A DNA stretch of 64,000 nt from a plasmid. Of this stretch, positions 10,015 to 20,430 are shown piece by piece. The stretch lies in the sequence record NZ_CP033968.1; one strand, 5' to 3'. Positions within the stretch are counted from its first letter, which is position 1. Each line of letters begins with the position of its first letter. The notes under the pieces were generated by a model. It saw only the letters and a list, made by a program, of their open reading frames with translations. It had not been told where the DNA came from and did not search any database. Both the position numbers and the translations under genes were made by a program.

Positions 10015-10748
10015 GCTTTTCCCCAGCCAGGTACTGCGACGGCATGCTCGATCCTGTGCATCAGCCAGGTGAAAACGCCAATAACGGCGATGTAGAAGAC
10101 GAGGAGAAAGACCATCATCTCCAGCGCGTTCAAGCTTTCTGACCAGATTTGCGAGGACGCATAAAGCAGCTCAGGCACGGCAATGGCGAAGGCGTTGGTC
10201 GACGTCTTGATCAGGTTCACCAGGTTGTTATTCAGGCCGGCGAAGCTGATGCGCAACGACAGCGGCAGCACCACCTTGCGAAACGTCTGACCCTTGTTCA
10301 TCCCAAGTGCATCGGCTGCTTCAAGCGTAGAGTTGGGGACGGCCTCCATGCCAGCACGAAAGATTTCCACGTTGAACGCACCGGCATAGAACGTCAGCGA
10401 GACGATCGCCCAAGTTACGTTGCTCAGGACGGGGGAGGTGCCGCCGAGCAAACCGGTTAGCGCAGGGCCCAGCGCAAAGTAGAAAAAATAGAGCTGGACA
10501 AGCGGGGGCGTGTTTCGGAAAGCCTGCACGTAGAGGTCGACGGCACTCCTGGCGAATTTTCCACCCGAAAACTGGAGGTAGGCGCCGATCGCCCCCACAA
10601 CCAGGCTTCCCACGATCGACGCCACCGACAGCCAGGCGGTGTAGCGTATGCCCTGGAGAAGAAGCTCCTTGTCGAACTGGTCGTAAAAGAACGAGAAATT
10701 GATGCCTTGAGTGCTGTTTAGGCCGCGAAAGAGTTCTGCGATGTCCAT
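10011..10748 (-). CDS. Amino-acid ABC transporter permease (second subunit).
   Basis: Multi-TM permease. Its stop overlaps the downstream permease start by 4 nt. Confidence 0.8.
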   Translation of the reverse strand: MDIAELFRGLNSTQGINFSFFYDQFDKELLLQGIRYTAWLSVASIVGSLVVGAIGAYLQFSGGKFARSAVDLYVQAFRNTPPLVQLYFFYFALGPALTGLLGGTSPVLSNVTWAIVSLTFYAGAFNVEIFRAGMEAVPNSTLEAADALGMNKGQTFRKVVLPLSLRISFAGLNNNLVNLIKTSTNAFAIAVPELLYASSQIWSESLNALEMMVFLLVFYIAVIGVFTWLMHRIEHAVAVPGWGKA

Positions 10749-10756
10749 CTTGCCTC

Positions 10757-12133
10757 CTAGGCGTGCGCAGCTGGTCGCAGAAGATCGCGCGCTTCAGGCA
10801 GACTGGCTATGCTCATCAGCCGATCCCACAATGCCTCGCGGCCAGAAGCTTCCAGCACTTGCGCCGTGCAGTCCTTGAACTTCGTGCACAAGGTGTCGAT
10901 CGACGCGGGCTTTTGGGGCATGCCTTCGGCCGCAAGAATGGTCTCGCTGTAGCGTTCGCCGTTGGCGAGCGTAATTTCAACGCTGGCACCTTCCGGATAG
11001 TCTGCCCGCTCGCGCGGATCCACGAGTTCCGCATCGGCAATCATTTCGATGTGCGTCATCAGAACGCGAAGTCGTTCGTCGCGCAGCGTTTCCATATTGA
11101 GATGGTTGATAGAGACCGGCCCGTACAACAGCGCGCAGGCGATCGCGAACGTCATCGAGAACTGAGCTTCTGACGGCGCCGTCGGTTCCAGATATGGCAG
11201 GCAGCTAGCGGCCAGCGGCGTGGTTCGACAACGGATCCGGACGATATCGGCGACACGCGGTCGCAAGGTGGTGGCAATCATCAGCGTGGCCTCGATCGCG
11301 GCCTGAGTCGCGGAGCACAGGGGGTATAGCTTGAAAGCGATTCCTGGTGAAATCAGTGCAAAGCGGGTTCCAAGTCCGGCGATGGCGTCTTCATGAAACC
11401 GTCCGCCGTTCACCGTATTAATGAAGCCGAAAGCGTGATGTGTGGTATTGGTGCTCCCCGCGATGCCGGCCTTGGCCGCAAGCGCCATCTCGACGCCCAG
11501 TCGGGCTGCCATACCGCAGAGGAACGGTTTGCCGGTGGAGCCGTGTGTCGCGCGCAGCCCCAGGGGAATGTTCATCGAGAGACGAATGGCGTTCGCGACT
11601 TCCTCCACGCCTAAACCGTAGAGCTTGCAAGCCCCGACGGTCGCCCCCAGGATGCCCAACGTCGCCGTCGTCCAGTGTCCGCGGGCGTACAGCGTCTCGG
11701 TGAGCGCCAGGCCCAGGGTGTACTCGACTTCGGCTGCACAGATGAACGCTTCCAGCAGTTGGCGGCCGTTGGCACCGATTTCCTCGGCGACAGCCAAAAC
11801 GGCAGGAAGTATGACGGCAGACCCATGGACGATTCCAGCGTAGCTTGTGTCGTCAAAGTCCAGGACATGCGAGGCCACTGCATTCAGGTACGCTGCTGAC
11901 GGTGCATCAGCAGTCGCGCCCGTGCCGATAACCGTGCAACCGCCTTGATGAAATCCAGTGCGGGAACAAAGGCCGTAGGTCTCAGTGCGCGACCCGGCGT
12001 GAGCGACGCCCATGACGTCTGCAATACATAGCGTGGCTGCGCCGATGGCGCCTGCCGGTGCTTGATCGATGGAGAAACGGTGTACCCATCGGGCGATGGT
12101 CGTTTCCAGGTCCATTTGGTCGGCTTCCAGCAT
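10757..12133 (-). CDS. MmgE/PrpD-family protein (2-methylcitrate dehydratase superfamily). Start reassigned to MLEADQ.
   Basis: The N-terminal MmgE/PrpD pattern (ARWVHRFSIDQAPAGAIGAATLCIADVMGVAHAGS) runs through the whole length. The start was chosen so the gene abuts rather than overlaps the upstream binding-protein gene. Confidence 0.75.
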   Translation of the reverse strand: MLEADQMDLETTIARWVHRFSIDQAPAGAIGAATLCIADVMGVAHAGSRTETYGLCSRTGFHQGGCTVIGTGATADAPSAAYLNAVASHVLDFDDTSYAGIVHGSAVILPAVLAVAEEIGANGRQLLEAFICAAEVEYTLGLALTETLYARGHWTTATLGILGATVGACKLYGLGVEEVANAIRLSMNIPLGLRATHGSTGKPFLCGMAARLGVEMALAAKAGIAGSTNTTHHAFGFINTVNGGRFHEDAIAGLGTRFALISPGIAFKLYPLCSATQAAIEATLMIATTLRPRVADIVRIRCRTTPLAASCLPYLEPTAPSEAQFSMTFAIACALLYGPVSINHLNMETLRDERLRVLMTHIEMIADAELVDPRERADYPEGASVEITLANGERYSETILAAEGMPQKPASIDTLCTKFKDCTAQVLEASGREALWDRLMSIASLPEARDLLRPAAHA

Positions 12134-12135
12134 TG

Positions 12136-12960
12136 TCACTTTCCTGCAGCCAACTTCGTCTGGTTTTCCTTCAGGAACTCGGTGGGCTTGAGACCCCACT
12201 TCTTTTCCTCTTCGATCAGATAGCCGCTTGCGTGCCACTGTGTCACGGTCTTGCGTACGAAGTCGCCGTATGCCGTGTTGAGTTCACCGATGGGGACAGC
12301 GATTGCCCAGGGTTGAAGGTCCTGAACGGGCAACGGCGTCGTGTAGTCATTCCACTTCGCTTCGCCGCTTGAAATGATGGAGGCCAGGAGGGTGCTGTCC
12401 TGCACGAAGCCGACGCAGGAGCCCGTCAACAAGGCGTTCAGTGCTTCGACGTTCCCAGGGAATGCCACGATGTTCGCCCCGTACTTCTGCGCCACTGCCC
12501 GGTTGTAGTACGCGCCTTGCGTGCCACAAATGTCTTTGCCTCGGACATCTTCCCAAGTCTTGATGCCGGCGGACTTTCGGGCGAGCAGGCTCGTCCCGCC
12601 TGCGTAATAGAAGGGCTCGATGACGCCGACCACTTTCCGACGTTGGTCGTTGACCGACATGGTGGCAATCATGAGATCGATGCGGCCTTGCTGCAGGAAC
12701 TCGATGCGGTTGGCGGTCTGGACCGGAACCAGTTCCAGCTTTACCTTCAGTTTCTGCGCCAGATCTGCAGCCAAGTCCGGTTCCAGGCCAACGACGGCAC
12801 CCTTCGGATCGAGGTACCCGAACGGTTTGTAGTCGGTCTTCACGCCAACGCGTAGCACACCGGAGTTCTTAATACGATCCAGCGCGGGGCTTTGTGCATA
12901 GGCCTGAACCACAGTCAAAGCGGACAGGGCGGCGGTTGCCCATACGATCAGTTTCCTCAT
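12136..12960 (-). CDS. Periplasmic amino-acid-binding protein of ABC transporter (family 3 SBP).
   Basis: Signal peptide (MRKLIVWATAALSALTVVQAYA), then the SBP_bac_3-like fold (LRVGVKTDYKPFGYLD ...). Confidence 0.85.
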   Translation of the reverse strand: MRKLIVWATAALSALTVVQAYAQSPALDRIKNSGVLRVGVKTDYKPFGYLDPKGAVVGLEPDLAADLAQKLKVKLELVPVQTANRIEFLQQGRIDLMIATMSVNDQRRKVVGVIEPFYYAGGTSLLARKSAGIKTWEDVRGKDICGTQGAYYNRAVAQKYGANIVAFPGNVEALNALLTGSCVGFVQDSTLLASIISSGEAKWNDYTTPLPVQDLQPWAIAVPIGELNTAYGDFVRKTVTQWHASGYLIEEEKKWGLKPTEFLKENQTKLAAGK

Positions 12961-14008
12961 TGTCTTGTCTCCTTTTTTAATACCGCCAGAATGGCGGTGC
13001 GCTGTCGCGCGGTGTCAGGCGGCAGGCAGGGCGGATCGAAGCACAATGGCGTTGATCGGAGGCCGGAAAATCTGCCGCGTGATTTCAGTTTATGGGCTGT
13101 TGCATAAGCCAAGGGCGGTCGGCGTCCCGTATCAGGAAATCTAATACTGGCTAGCTGCAAGGCGTGCTAGTGGGGGAGGTCAATGCGGGTTTACCGAATT
13201 GGTGGATTCCCTATCTGATAGGAGGGTCACGGCAAGCACGGCTGCGCTTCCTGCGTGGTGCATAAGGCGGTGGGGGATTTTGGGGTCAGCGTGTGAGTAG
13301 ATTGCGCTCAGGGTGGCAGGTCTGAATGGGCAAGCGCGACCTCGGAATTCTCCCTATCCGACGTGGGTGGGTGGAAGAAGTTGCCTAGGATATTGAACGA
13401 GTAAACCTTGGCGGTAGACCGCCAGCGGAAGGTGAGGGCCAATGTTGGACTGTGTCCCCCTGTCCCGTTAGGCACCCGGCAGGTCTGCAAAGGGCGCGTT
13501 GATCCGCGAGAGGTTGGCGACCGCGCCTTTGAATGCAGGGTTCAATCGACATCCGGGAAGAGGCGTGCTTGCGTCCGGTGTTCTCTGCCGACGTCAGAAG
13601 CCGGGCAGGGGCACGAGCGGCGGCATTTTTCCCAAAGCAGGCCAAAACGCGAGAAGGGCGGGTGCCGAGAGATCGAAATCGATCTTTGCTTTTCGCTGGA
13701 ATAAGGCGAGCTGCATGATGGGCATTGAGGCGATGTGGCGAAACTGTCCTTCTAGAGTATGCGCCAGTAGGCCATGTCAAGTGCGCGTTGTCCTGTGCAA
13801 CAGCGTGGGATGCGATCCTTCTACCATGGCAGGGTGCATTTGCTTCGCCGAGCTTTTGCAGGGAACAGGAAGACGCCGTGGCGCCGCGGTCTGGGCTAAC
13901 CCGCGCTTCGCACTACCTGATCTGCAGGATGATCCAGCGCCAGCCGTTCATGCTTGACCTCGTCACCATGAACGGCAATACGACGATCGCGGATTTCGAA
14001 TACTGGCG

Positions 14009-15028
14009 TTACGTCGATGCGCTGCCGGCGGCCTGAAGCGGTGCGCTGCCCGCGGGCACCGGACTGGCATGGGTGACGTAGTGGATTGCCTGCAGCACCC
14101 CGTCGACCGAAGGCGGTGCGCCGTTATCGCCGACCGACACCGACTGGCCTGGCTTGTTGACGCCAAAATGCGGACGCGATGTCGCGGTGAACAGCATCAC
14201 CGTTGGCTTGCCAAGCGCGTCCGCCAGATGCACGAAGCCGGTGTCCATGCCGACAACCAGTGACGCCGCGTCGACGCGCTGCGCACACTCGGTGATCGAC
14301 ATGCGGGGCAGCACCTCGGCGCCGGGGATGGCCGCAGCCAGCGCCTGGGCTTCCTGCTGCTCCTTCTGCGAGCCCCAGGGCAACTGCACGCGATAGCCGC
14401 GCCGGGCCAGCTGATGCCCAACTTCCACCCAGTTCGCCTGTGGCCATTTCTTGATTTCGAGTGACGTCGCGTGGAACAGCAGCGCACGTGGCACGCCGTC
14501 GGCATTCAGCGGCGTGGCCGGTGCCGGCACCCGAAGCTCGGCCGTTTCGTGCGGCTCGATGTCGTAGCCCAGCGCGTTGGCCACCACCATGCGCATTTTC
14601 TGCCGGCAGTTGGCATCGCCATGCGGCCCGAAAATCTCGGTGTAGGCGAACACCGCCTTTGCTTCGCCAAGGAACTCGGCGGCATAGCCGAGGCGCCGCT
14701 TTGTCCGGGCGAGCCTGGCCGCAATGGCACTCTTGTAGACACCGTGAACGTCAATGGCCACGTCATAGCGCTCGCGGCGCAGCGACATCAGTGCGCTGAA
14801 TATGCCGCGCAGGTCGCGCCATTTGCGGCCATTCTTCTTGAACTGGCGCAGGGGCGGCGCAATGACACGATCGACGCCTACCGCCCAGTTGGGGATATCC
14901 GCGCACGACGCGTCGGCAATCCAGTCGATTTTGGCTTCCGGATAGGCGCGCCGCAGGTCGTACAGCAGCGGCAGGGTATGCACCATGTCGCCAAGCGACG
15001 TGATCTTGATTACCAGGATGCGCTTCAT
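14009..15028 (-). CDS. ADP-heptose:LPS heptosyltransferase (glycosyltransferase family 9). Start reassigned to MKRILVIK.
   Basis: N-terminal MKRILVIKITSLGDMVHTLP is the GT9/WaaC/WaaF hallmark. C-terminal GMDTGFVHLADALGKPTVMLF. Confidence 0.8.
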   Translation of the reverse strand: MKRILVIKITSLGDMVHTLPLLYDLRRAYPEAKIDWIADASCADIPNWAVGVDRVIAPPLRQFKKNGRKWRDLRGIFSALMSLRRERYDVAIDVHGVYKSAIAARLARTKRRLGYAAEFLGEAKAVFAYTEIFGPHGDANCRQKMRMVVANALGYDIEPHETAELRVPAPATPLNADGVPRALLFHATSLEIKKWPQANWVEVGHQLARRGYRVQLPWGSQKEQQEAQALAAAIPGAEVLPRMSITECAQRVDAASLVVGMDTGFVHLADALGKPTVMLFTATSRPHFGVNKPGQSVSVGDNGAPPSVDGVLQAIHYVTHASPVPAGSAPLQAAGSAST

Positions 15029-15861
15029 GCGGGGGACGGCTTGATTGAGCGAGCGCGGCCGGATCTGCCCGCGGCGGGCCAGTATGCCCCAGGCCGCCGC
15101 TCCAGCGCGTGACAATTGCGTAATGAACGACACACTCTCAGCTCGCCATTCGGCCCTGCGTCGAGCGGGCCGTTGGCGCGTTGTTTACAGGGCAGGCTGG
15201 TCCGGTCAAAAAGTGCGTACTTCGGTATTGCGCTTCGTACCCTTGGTAAGCGTTGGCGTCGCCATCCGCAGAATGCGCCTCTGCAGACCGCGACAAGGCC
15301 GGAGCCTACCGGCAGTTTTCCGAATTGTTCACTATCGTGCCTCCGGAGACTCCTCGCCGTGAAAGGCATTGCGCTTCCATTGGGCGCGAGGTTGCTGCAC
15401 CCAAAAAGGCTCACTCGAAAATTCCTGCCTTGCCCCTGGACGGGTTGGCGGGCGACGCCGCCTTCAAAATGCGCCTGGACACGCCGCACTCCCCAAACCC
15501 TTCTATATATAGAGGGCGGGAAACTCGCCGGCGCAGTCGTCGCGCCGCCCGCCGCCCGCCTCCCTCGTCGGCCCGTCATCTCGCGCAGCATCGGCATCGG
15601 CGGGCTGAGGTTGGCGCGATCCCCGTCTCAAACTAAATGGGCACACTTGCAAAATGCCTCATAAGGTACTTTTCGTGCCAGTCCCCGCCAAAAATGCACT
15701 TTTTATGTGTGCATGATAACTACACTTATCAAGCATAGAAAAAATAAGGTACGGGTCACCTAGTATCCCGCACAGGGCAGGGCCTATAATGTGACCCATT
15801 CGCGCGTGACCCGCGCCGGCGCTGGGCTGGCGGGTGGCAGCGCCCACCGACCCTGAACCAC

Positions 15862-17136
15862 ATGGACCGCGATCCCGACACTCTGCAGCAGGTCACCCAA
15901 TCCCACCTGGAGGCCGCCGCCGACGCATGGCAGGCGGGCGAGCGGGTCCCCGGGCTGGCGTCACATTCGCCGTGGGAGGCGCTGATCGCGGGGCAGTGGT
16001 ATCCGAACAAGGCCATTCTGGCGCTCGCGCACCGCCTGGCGGGTTTCGGCGACCTCACGGCAAAAACGCTGGCCGGCGCCGCCGTCCGCCGGCGACTGGT
16101 GGCGCTGGATATCCCGCTGCGGAATGCCAGACAGGAGACGAGCTCCGACACGCGTCCGGATTGGTCGCGGCTCCAGGCGCACCACGTGGAAGCCGGCGCC
16201 GCCGAACTGTCCCGGGAACTGGAACACTTGATCTCGATAAAACAGATTGCCCACAAGCCGCACGAGACCGGCTGGCGGGTAGGCGTGAATGGGCTCTGGA
16301 TCGGGCCATATACGCTTGGCACCGCGGCCTGTGACGTGGCGGGGCTGCGTTTCGAGCGGGAGATGACACCCGTCGAATATGCGCAGTACCGCGCGCACCT
16401 GGAGTCGCTCGGCTTTCCGGTGAAACGTGGCCGGACACCGACCCGCACCAAACCCACCTGGGGCGCCGGCGAATTGCGCGCCGCGGCAGCGGCGCTGGTC
16501 GGGAGGGATCTTGAAGCCGCAGACGCCGCCGAAGGCGAAAGCGAACCGCTCCAAGTGGTCCTGGACGGCCGGGCGTACCCAGCGTCCGACCTGCTCGGTC
16601 TGCCGGCCGGCCAAACGCCCTCTGCGCAAGACCTGACCGCGATCGCCGAAGCCGGGGGCGCCTTGCGTGCCGCTCCTGACCCTGTTGACGACGCGCTGGA
16701 AGCCTTGGCCGCCCAGAGCGGGTTGCCCACGGAAGCGGCGCGTCAGGTGCGGGGCCGGATCGGGCAGGGACGGTTCCGCGACGCGCTGCTCCAGGTCCAC
16801 GGCCGCTGCGTCCTGACCGGCATCGCGACCCCGGCCGTCCTGCGCGCGGCGCACATTCATCGCTGGGCGGACTGCGCCGACACACCGACCGCCCGCCACG
16901 ACATTGACAACGGCCTGCTGCTGGCCGCGAACCTCGACTGCCTGTTCGAGACCGGGCTGATCGCCTTCCACGACGACGGCCAGATCCTGATTTCACCCGA
17001 ACTGGACGAAGCCGCGCGTGACGCGCTGGGCCTCAGACCGGAACTGCGGCTGGCGGTCGTACCATCGGCTGGCCAGCGCGGTTACCTCGCCAAGCACCGC
17101 GCACGCACCCGGGCCATGCGCGGGGCTTCGGCATGA
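15862..17136 (+). CDS. HNH endonuclease-domain protein (C-terminal HNH_2-type domain) with a ~290-aa N-terminal region of unknown function.
   Basis: C-terminal GQGRFRDALLQVHGRCVLTGIATPAVLRAAHIHRWADC ... DIDNGLLLAANLDCLFETGLIAF matches the HNH (PF13391-like) nuclease motif. Its stop overlaps the integrase start (ATGA). Confidence 0.65.
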   Translation: MDRDPDTLQQVTQSHLEAAADAWQAGERVPGLASHSPWEALIAGQWYPNKAILALAHRLAGFGDLTAKTLAGAAVRRRLVALDIPLRNARQETSSDTRPDWSRLQAHHVEAGAAELSRELEHLISIKQIAHKPHETGWRVGVNGLWIGPYTLGTAACDVAGLRFEREMTPVEYAQYRAHLESLGFPVKRGRTPTRTKPTWGAGELRAAAAALVGRDLEAADAAEGESEPLQVVLDGRAYPASDLLGLPAGQTPSAQDLTAIAEAGGALRAAPDPVDDALEALAAQSGLPTEAARQVRGRIGQGRFRDALLQVHGRCVLTGIATPAVLRAAHIHRWADCADTPTARHDIDNGLLLAANLDCLFETGLIAFHDDGQILISPELDEAARDALGLRPELRLAVVPSAGQRGYLAKHRARTRAMRGASA

Positions 17137-19277
17137 CGGCGCCGGCGACTGCCGTCGATACGCCCCTGCGGCGACGCCGGTCCGTCACGCGCCGGCAGCT
17201 GCATCGCGGACACTTCGGGTTCCTGCGGGCCATCATCCAGGGGCTGCACGCGCGGGCCATGTGGGAACGCTATCTGATGGAGGAGGGCGAGATCGAGGCC
17301 GATCAGGAGTTGCTGGCCCGATCCCCGGAGGGCGAGGAGAGCGAGGCGGCCAACGACGAAGCGGATCCCGCCGCCCGCGCGTTCGCCACCCACCCCAAGG
17401 TCCGCCGGGTCACGGCGTGGCTGCGCAGCGAGCTCATCGCTGCGGCAACCCGGGCCCAGCGCCCCGGTACCGCCCGCCGTTTGAAGCTGGAAGCCCGGGA
17501 CCTGCGGAAGATCGGCCAGAAGGGGCTGGGCCTGCCGTCGCTCGAGGAATTTGTGGCCGAGACCGGCATGGACGGCTTTGGCGAGTCCGAGCAACTGGCC
17601 GCCTACGAGGAGCGCTATGGCAACGCCCTCAAACGGGAATCCAAGCGCGCCAGGATGATGCGTCGCCAGCTCGAGGCGATCGACTGGCTCGAAGAACGGT
17701 ACGCCCAGCCCGTCCTCGCCGGCGACGCTTGCCGGGCGTGGCTGGCCGAGCCCCTCGCGGAGCGCCTGGAGGCGGCCGGGGCCCTGACGCTCGCAGATCT
17801 GCTCGATCGCATCGATGGACTGGGCACCGGCTGGGCCCGCGGCCTGCCAGCGATCGGCGCCGGCAAGGCAAGGGCGATCGAAGCCTTCCTGGCCACCCAC
17901 GCCGAGACGCTGGGCCGGGTGATCGGCAACCACGTGGCGGTGCCGCGCAGGAAGCGTTATGCGCATGAGATGGCCACGGTCGTTCCCCGCGGCAAGGAAA
18001 ACGCCCTGGTCCCGCTCGACAAGCTGCTGCTGCCCGCCCATCTGGACGGTCGGGACGGCGCCTACCGCCTGCCGCAGGCCCGCTGCCTCATCAACGCCCA
18101 CAACGACTACGAAGCCGTGCTGTCCTGGCTCCGGTCCAAACCCGGCCTGGCGCCGGATCGGATCTTGCGCCTGCGGGAAAAGCGCAAGGATGTCGGCACA
18201 GGGCAGGGGCCCTACGACTGGCTGCATTACCTGTCGAATACCCAGCGCGCGTACCGGAAGGAGGCGGAGCGCTTCCTCCTGTGGTCGATGTTGGCCCGCG
18301 GGAAGCCCCTGTCCTCCATGGACACGGACGATTGCATGGCCTACCGGGACTTCCTCGCCGACCCGCCGAAGGAATGGTGTGGCCCGCGCTCGCGGGAACG
18401 ATGGACACCCCTGTGGAGGCCTTTCGAGGGACCGCTCAATCCCCGTGCCCAAGGCTACGCGATCGGTGTGCTGACCAATCTCTACACCTACCTGAACGCC
18501 AAGAACTACCTGGCGGGCAACCCGTGGCAGGGCATCCACGTGCCGACGAGCGCCAAACCCGAACTGGACGTCAGCCGCAGCCTGACCGAAGACCAGTGGG
18601 CCTTCGTCAAAGGGTGTCTCGCCCGCCTGCCGGCGACGTCCATCCATCGCCGGTTGCAGGTTGCCTTGCCCCTGCTGTACGCGACGGGCCTGCGCCTGTC
18701 GGAGCTGGTCGCCGCCAGCACGGATGACCTGGAGTGGGTGAGCCTCGCCCAACCCGGTACCGGCGAGCGGGAGGAGGGCTGGTGGCTCACGGTGATCGGC
18801 AAGGGAAACAAGCTGCGCCGCGTGCCGGTACCGGACGCCACGGTCAACGCCTTGGGCGGGTACCTGGAATCGCGCGGATTCGCCAGTGATCCTGCCCGGT
18901 GCCGCGGGGTGGCGCTGCTAGGCCACGCAACCGACCAGGTCGAACGGGCAGGGGGCTGGGCAAAGGTGGACATGGCTCCCGCCGAGGCAGGATTGGCGGC
19001 AACCACGTTGTACCGGCAGATCAAGCGGTTCTTCCAGGCCTGTGCGACCGAATTGGAAGCGGTCGACGCCCGGGGCGCTGCGCGCCTCGCGGCAGCCAGC
19101 ACGCACTGGATGCGGCACACCCATATTTCCCATGCATTGGCCGCTGGCGCACCGCTCGAGGCCGTCAAGCAAAACGCGGGGCACGCATCGCTTGATACCA
19201 CCACCCGCTACGTCACGACCGAGGACGCCCGCCGCCGAGCTGCAATGAGGAAGTTCTGGGATTCGCAATCAACGTAA
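17133..19277 (+). CDS. int: Large tyrosine recombinase/integrase (714 aa) with an N-terminal extension containing a helix-hairpin-helix-like region.
   Basis: The C-terminal half parallels the first recombinase (GKPLSS..D...Y..FL; YLAGNP; catalytic ASTHWMRHTHISHAL ... GHASLDTTTRYV). The N-terminal ~280 aa are extra (LTLADLLDRIDGLGTGWARGLPAIGAGKARAIEAFL). Confidence 0.8.
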   Translation: MTAPATAVDTPLRRRRSVTRRQLHRGHFGFLRAIIQGLHARAMWERYLMEEGEIEADQELLARSPEGEESEAANDEADPAARAFATHPKVRRVTAWLRSELIAAATRAQRPGTARRLKLEARDLRKIGQKGLGLPSLEEFVAETGMDGFGESEQLAAYEERYGNALKRESKRARMMRRQLEAIDWLEERYAQPVLAGDACRAWLAEPLAERLEAAGALTLADLLDRIDGLGTGWARGLPAIGAGKARAIEAFLATHAETLGRVIGNHVAVPRRKRYAHEMATVVPRGKENALVPLDKLLLPAHLDGRDGAYRLPQARCLINAHNDYEAVLSWLRSKPGLAPDRILRLREKRKDVGTGQGPYDWLHYLSNTQRAYRKEAERFLLWSMLARGKPLSSMDTDDCMAYRDFLADPPKEWCGPRSRERWTPLWRPFEGPLNPRAQGYAIGVLTNLYTYLNAKNYLAGNPWQGIHVPTSAKPELDVSRSLTEDQWAFVKGCLARLPATSIHRRLQVALPLLYATGLRLSELVAASTDDLEWVSLAQPGTGEREEGWWLTVIGKGNKLRRVPVPDATVNALGGYLESRGFASDPARCRGVALLGHATDQVERAGGWAKVDMAPAEAGLAATTLYRQIKRFFQACATELEAVDARGAARLAAASTHWMRHTHISHALAAGAPLEAVKQNAGHASLDTTTRYVTTEDARRRAAMRKFWDSQST

Positions 19278-19302
19278 TTGAAATCAACCTATGGGGGAAG
19301 CG

Positions 19303-19632
19303 ATGTTCGAAGTTCGTCGAGCACGCCTGCTAGCGAAGATGCTAGCGCGTGCCTACCGCATTGAAATGCGGCTCGGCAAGAGGCTGGTCACTACCGTCAG
19401 CGGCTGGGCTTTACAACGTCGCACAGTGAGCGTGGACATTGCAGAGACCGCGTGGGTTGCTAGTGACAAGCCTCGCGTGCGCCTAGTCGTTGACTTCATC
19501 AACGAGCGCATCGAAGTTCGGCAGTACGCAAGTGGCAGAGGCGACGAACTGAAGTTCATGGTTACGTCACTTGAGCAGTTCAACACCGTTGGCCACCAAA
19601 TCGTCGCGTACCTGGTACGCACCTTCCCCTAA
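19303..19632 (+). CDS. Hypothetical protein.
   Basis: ORF with GGGGGAAG before the ATG at 19303. No recognisable domain. Confidence 0.3.
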   Translation: MFEVRRARLLAKMLARAYRIEMRLGKRLVTTVSGWALQRRTVSVDIAETAWVASDKPRVRLVVDFINERIEVRQYASGRGDELKFMVTSLEQFNTVGHQIVAYLVRTFP

Positions 19633-19704
19633 GTTATTGGGGGTTGGAAGATCGGTACTGCCAACAGCTTGATTCGGGTCCACGATAGACAAAGGGCAGG
19701 GGAC

Positions 19705-20325
19705 ATGAAAGAAGACATTCTGGAGCAGATGGTCGACGAGTACCTCCAGCACAAGGGGTATTTCACCCAGCACAACCTGAAGTTCCGACCAGCCAAAGAC
19801 CATGTCGACTATGTCGCCCAAGCCGATGCGGTTCACAGCGACGTCGACGTGATCGGCATTCACCCGCTAATGCAGGGGCCCGAACGGGTGGTGGTAGTCA
19901 GTTGCAAGAGCTGGCAGCAAGGCTTCAGCCCGCAGTATTGGAGTGATGCGATCGCCAAGAACAAGAAGGTGAATGGTAGGGAAGCATGGCTGGCATTTCG
20001 CGAGCTCGCCAGGCCGAAATGGGCGCAGGCGTTTCGCGCTGAGGTGGAGCGAGCCACGGGCGCAAAGGCATTCACGTACGTAACGGCCGTGACGCGGCTC
20101 ACTGCCCAAGCAGATCGGACTGCTTGGGAACAGCACCCAGAGTTCCGCCAGAGCTTGAATGGAAACCCCATCAGGATACTGACGTTCGACGATATGTTGA
20201 GTGAGCTATTTCCGACGATCAACCAGACAGTCGCCTCCTCACAACTCGGTCGCCTGCTTCAACTGATCAAGGCATCAGGTTGGGCGCTAGCTTCGAGGAA
20301 TGAAAATGGGCCATCCTTGGTCTAG
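19705..20325 (+). CDS. Hypothetical protein with a restriction-endonuclease-like (PD-(D/E)xK-type) motif.
   Basis: GGGCAGGGGA RBS. Motif DVDVIGIHP ... VVVSCKSW resembles D-(x)n-(E/S)xK nuclease cores. This is weak, motif-level evidence. Confidence 0.35.
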   Translation: MKEDILEQMVDEYLQHKGYFTQHNLKFRPAKDHVDYVAQADAVHSDVDVIGIHPLMQGPERVVVVSCKSWQQGFSPQYWSDAIAKNKKVNGREAWLAFRELARPKWAQAFRAEVERATGAKAFTYVTAVTRLTAQADRTAWEQHPEFRQSLNGNPIRILTFDDMLSELFPTINQTVASSQLGRLLQLIKASGWALASRNENGPSLV

Positions 20326-20430
20326 GTCACGGTCACTGCCAAAGCCTCGCGCCGTACTCCGGACGTGTCATGATCGCCGATCGCCGCGCGGCAATTCAGT
20401 TACATTGCGCCTAACCGTACTAGCTGACAA

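Noticed and set aside
13100-13500. Structured-looking GC-rich segment considered as RNase P RNA or tmRNA.
   Set aside because: Lacks the conserved RNase P RNA P4 sequence and tmRNA tag-encoding features.
15134-15861. Possible tRNA/att site flanking the integrase-containing island.
   Set aside because: No cloverleaf-compatible sequence or tRNA-like conserved boxes seen by eye. Requires tRNAscan or comparative analysis.
17082-18752. 556-aa minus-strand ORF antisense to the large integrase. Similar long antisense ORFs occur at 803-1558, 8482-9621, 15756-16971 and 3093-3623.
   Set aside because: These are high-GC artefacts lying fully inside better-supported genes on the other strand. They lack RBSs and have Arg/Ala/Pro-rich, low-complexity translations.
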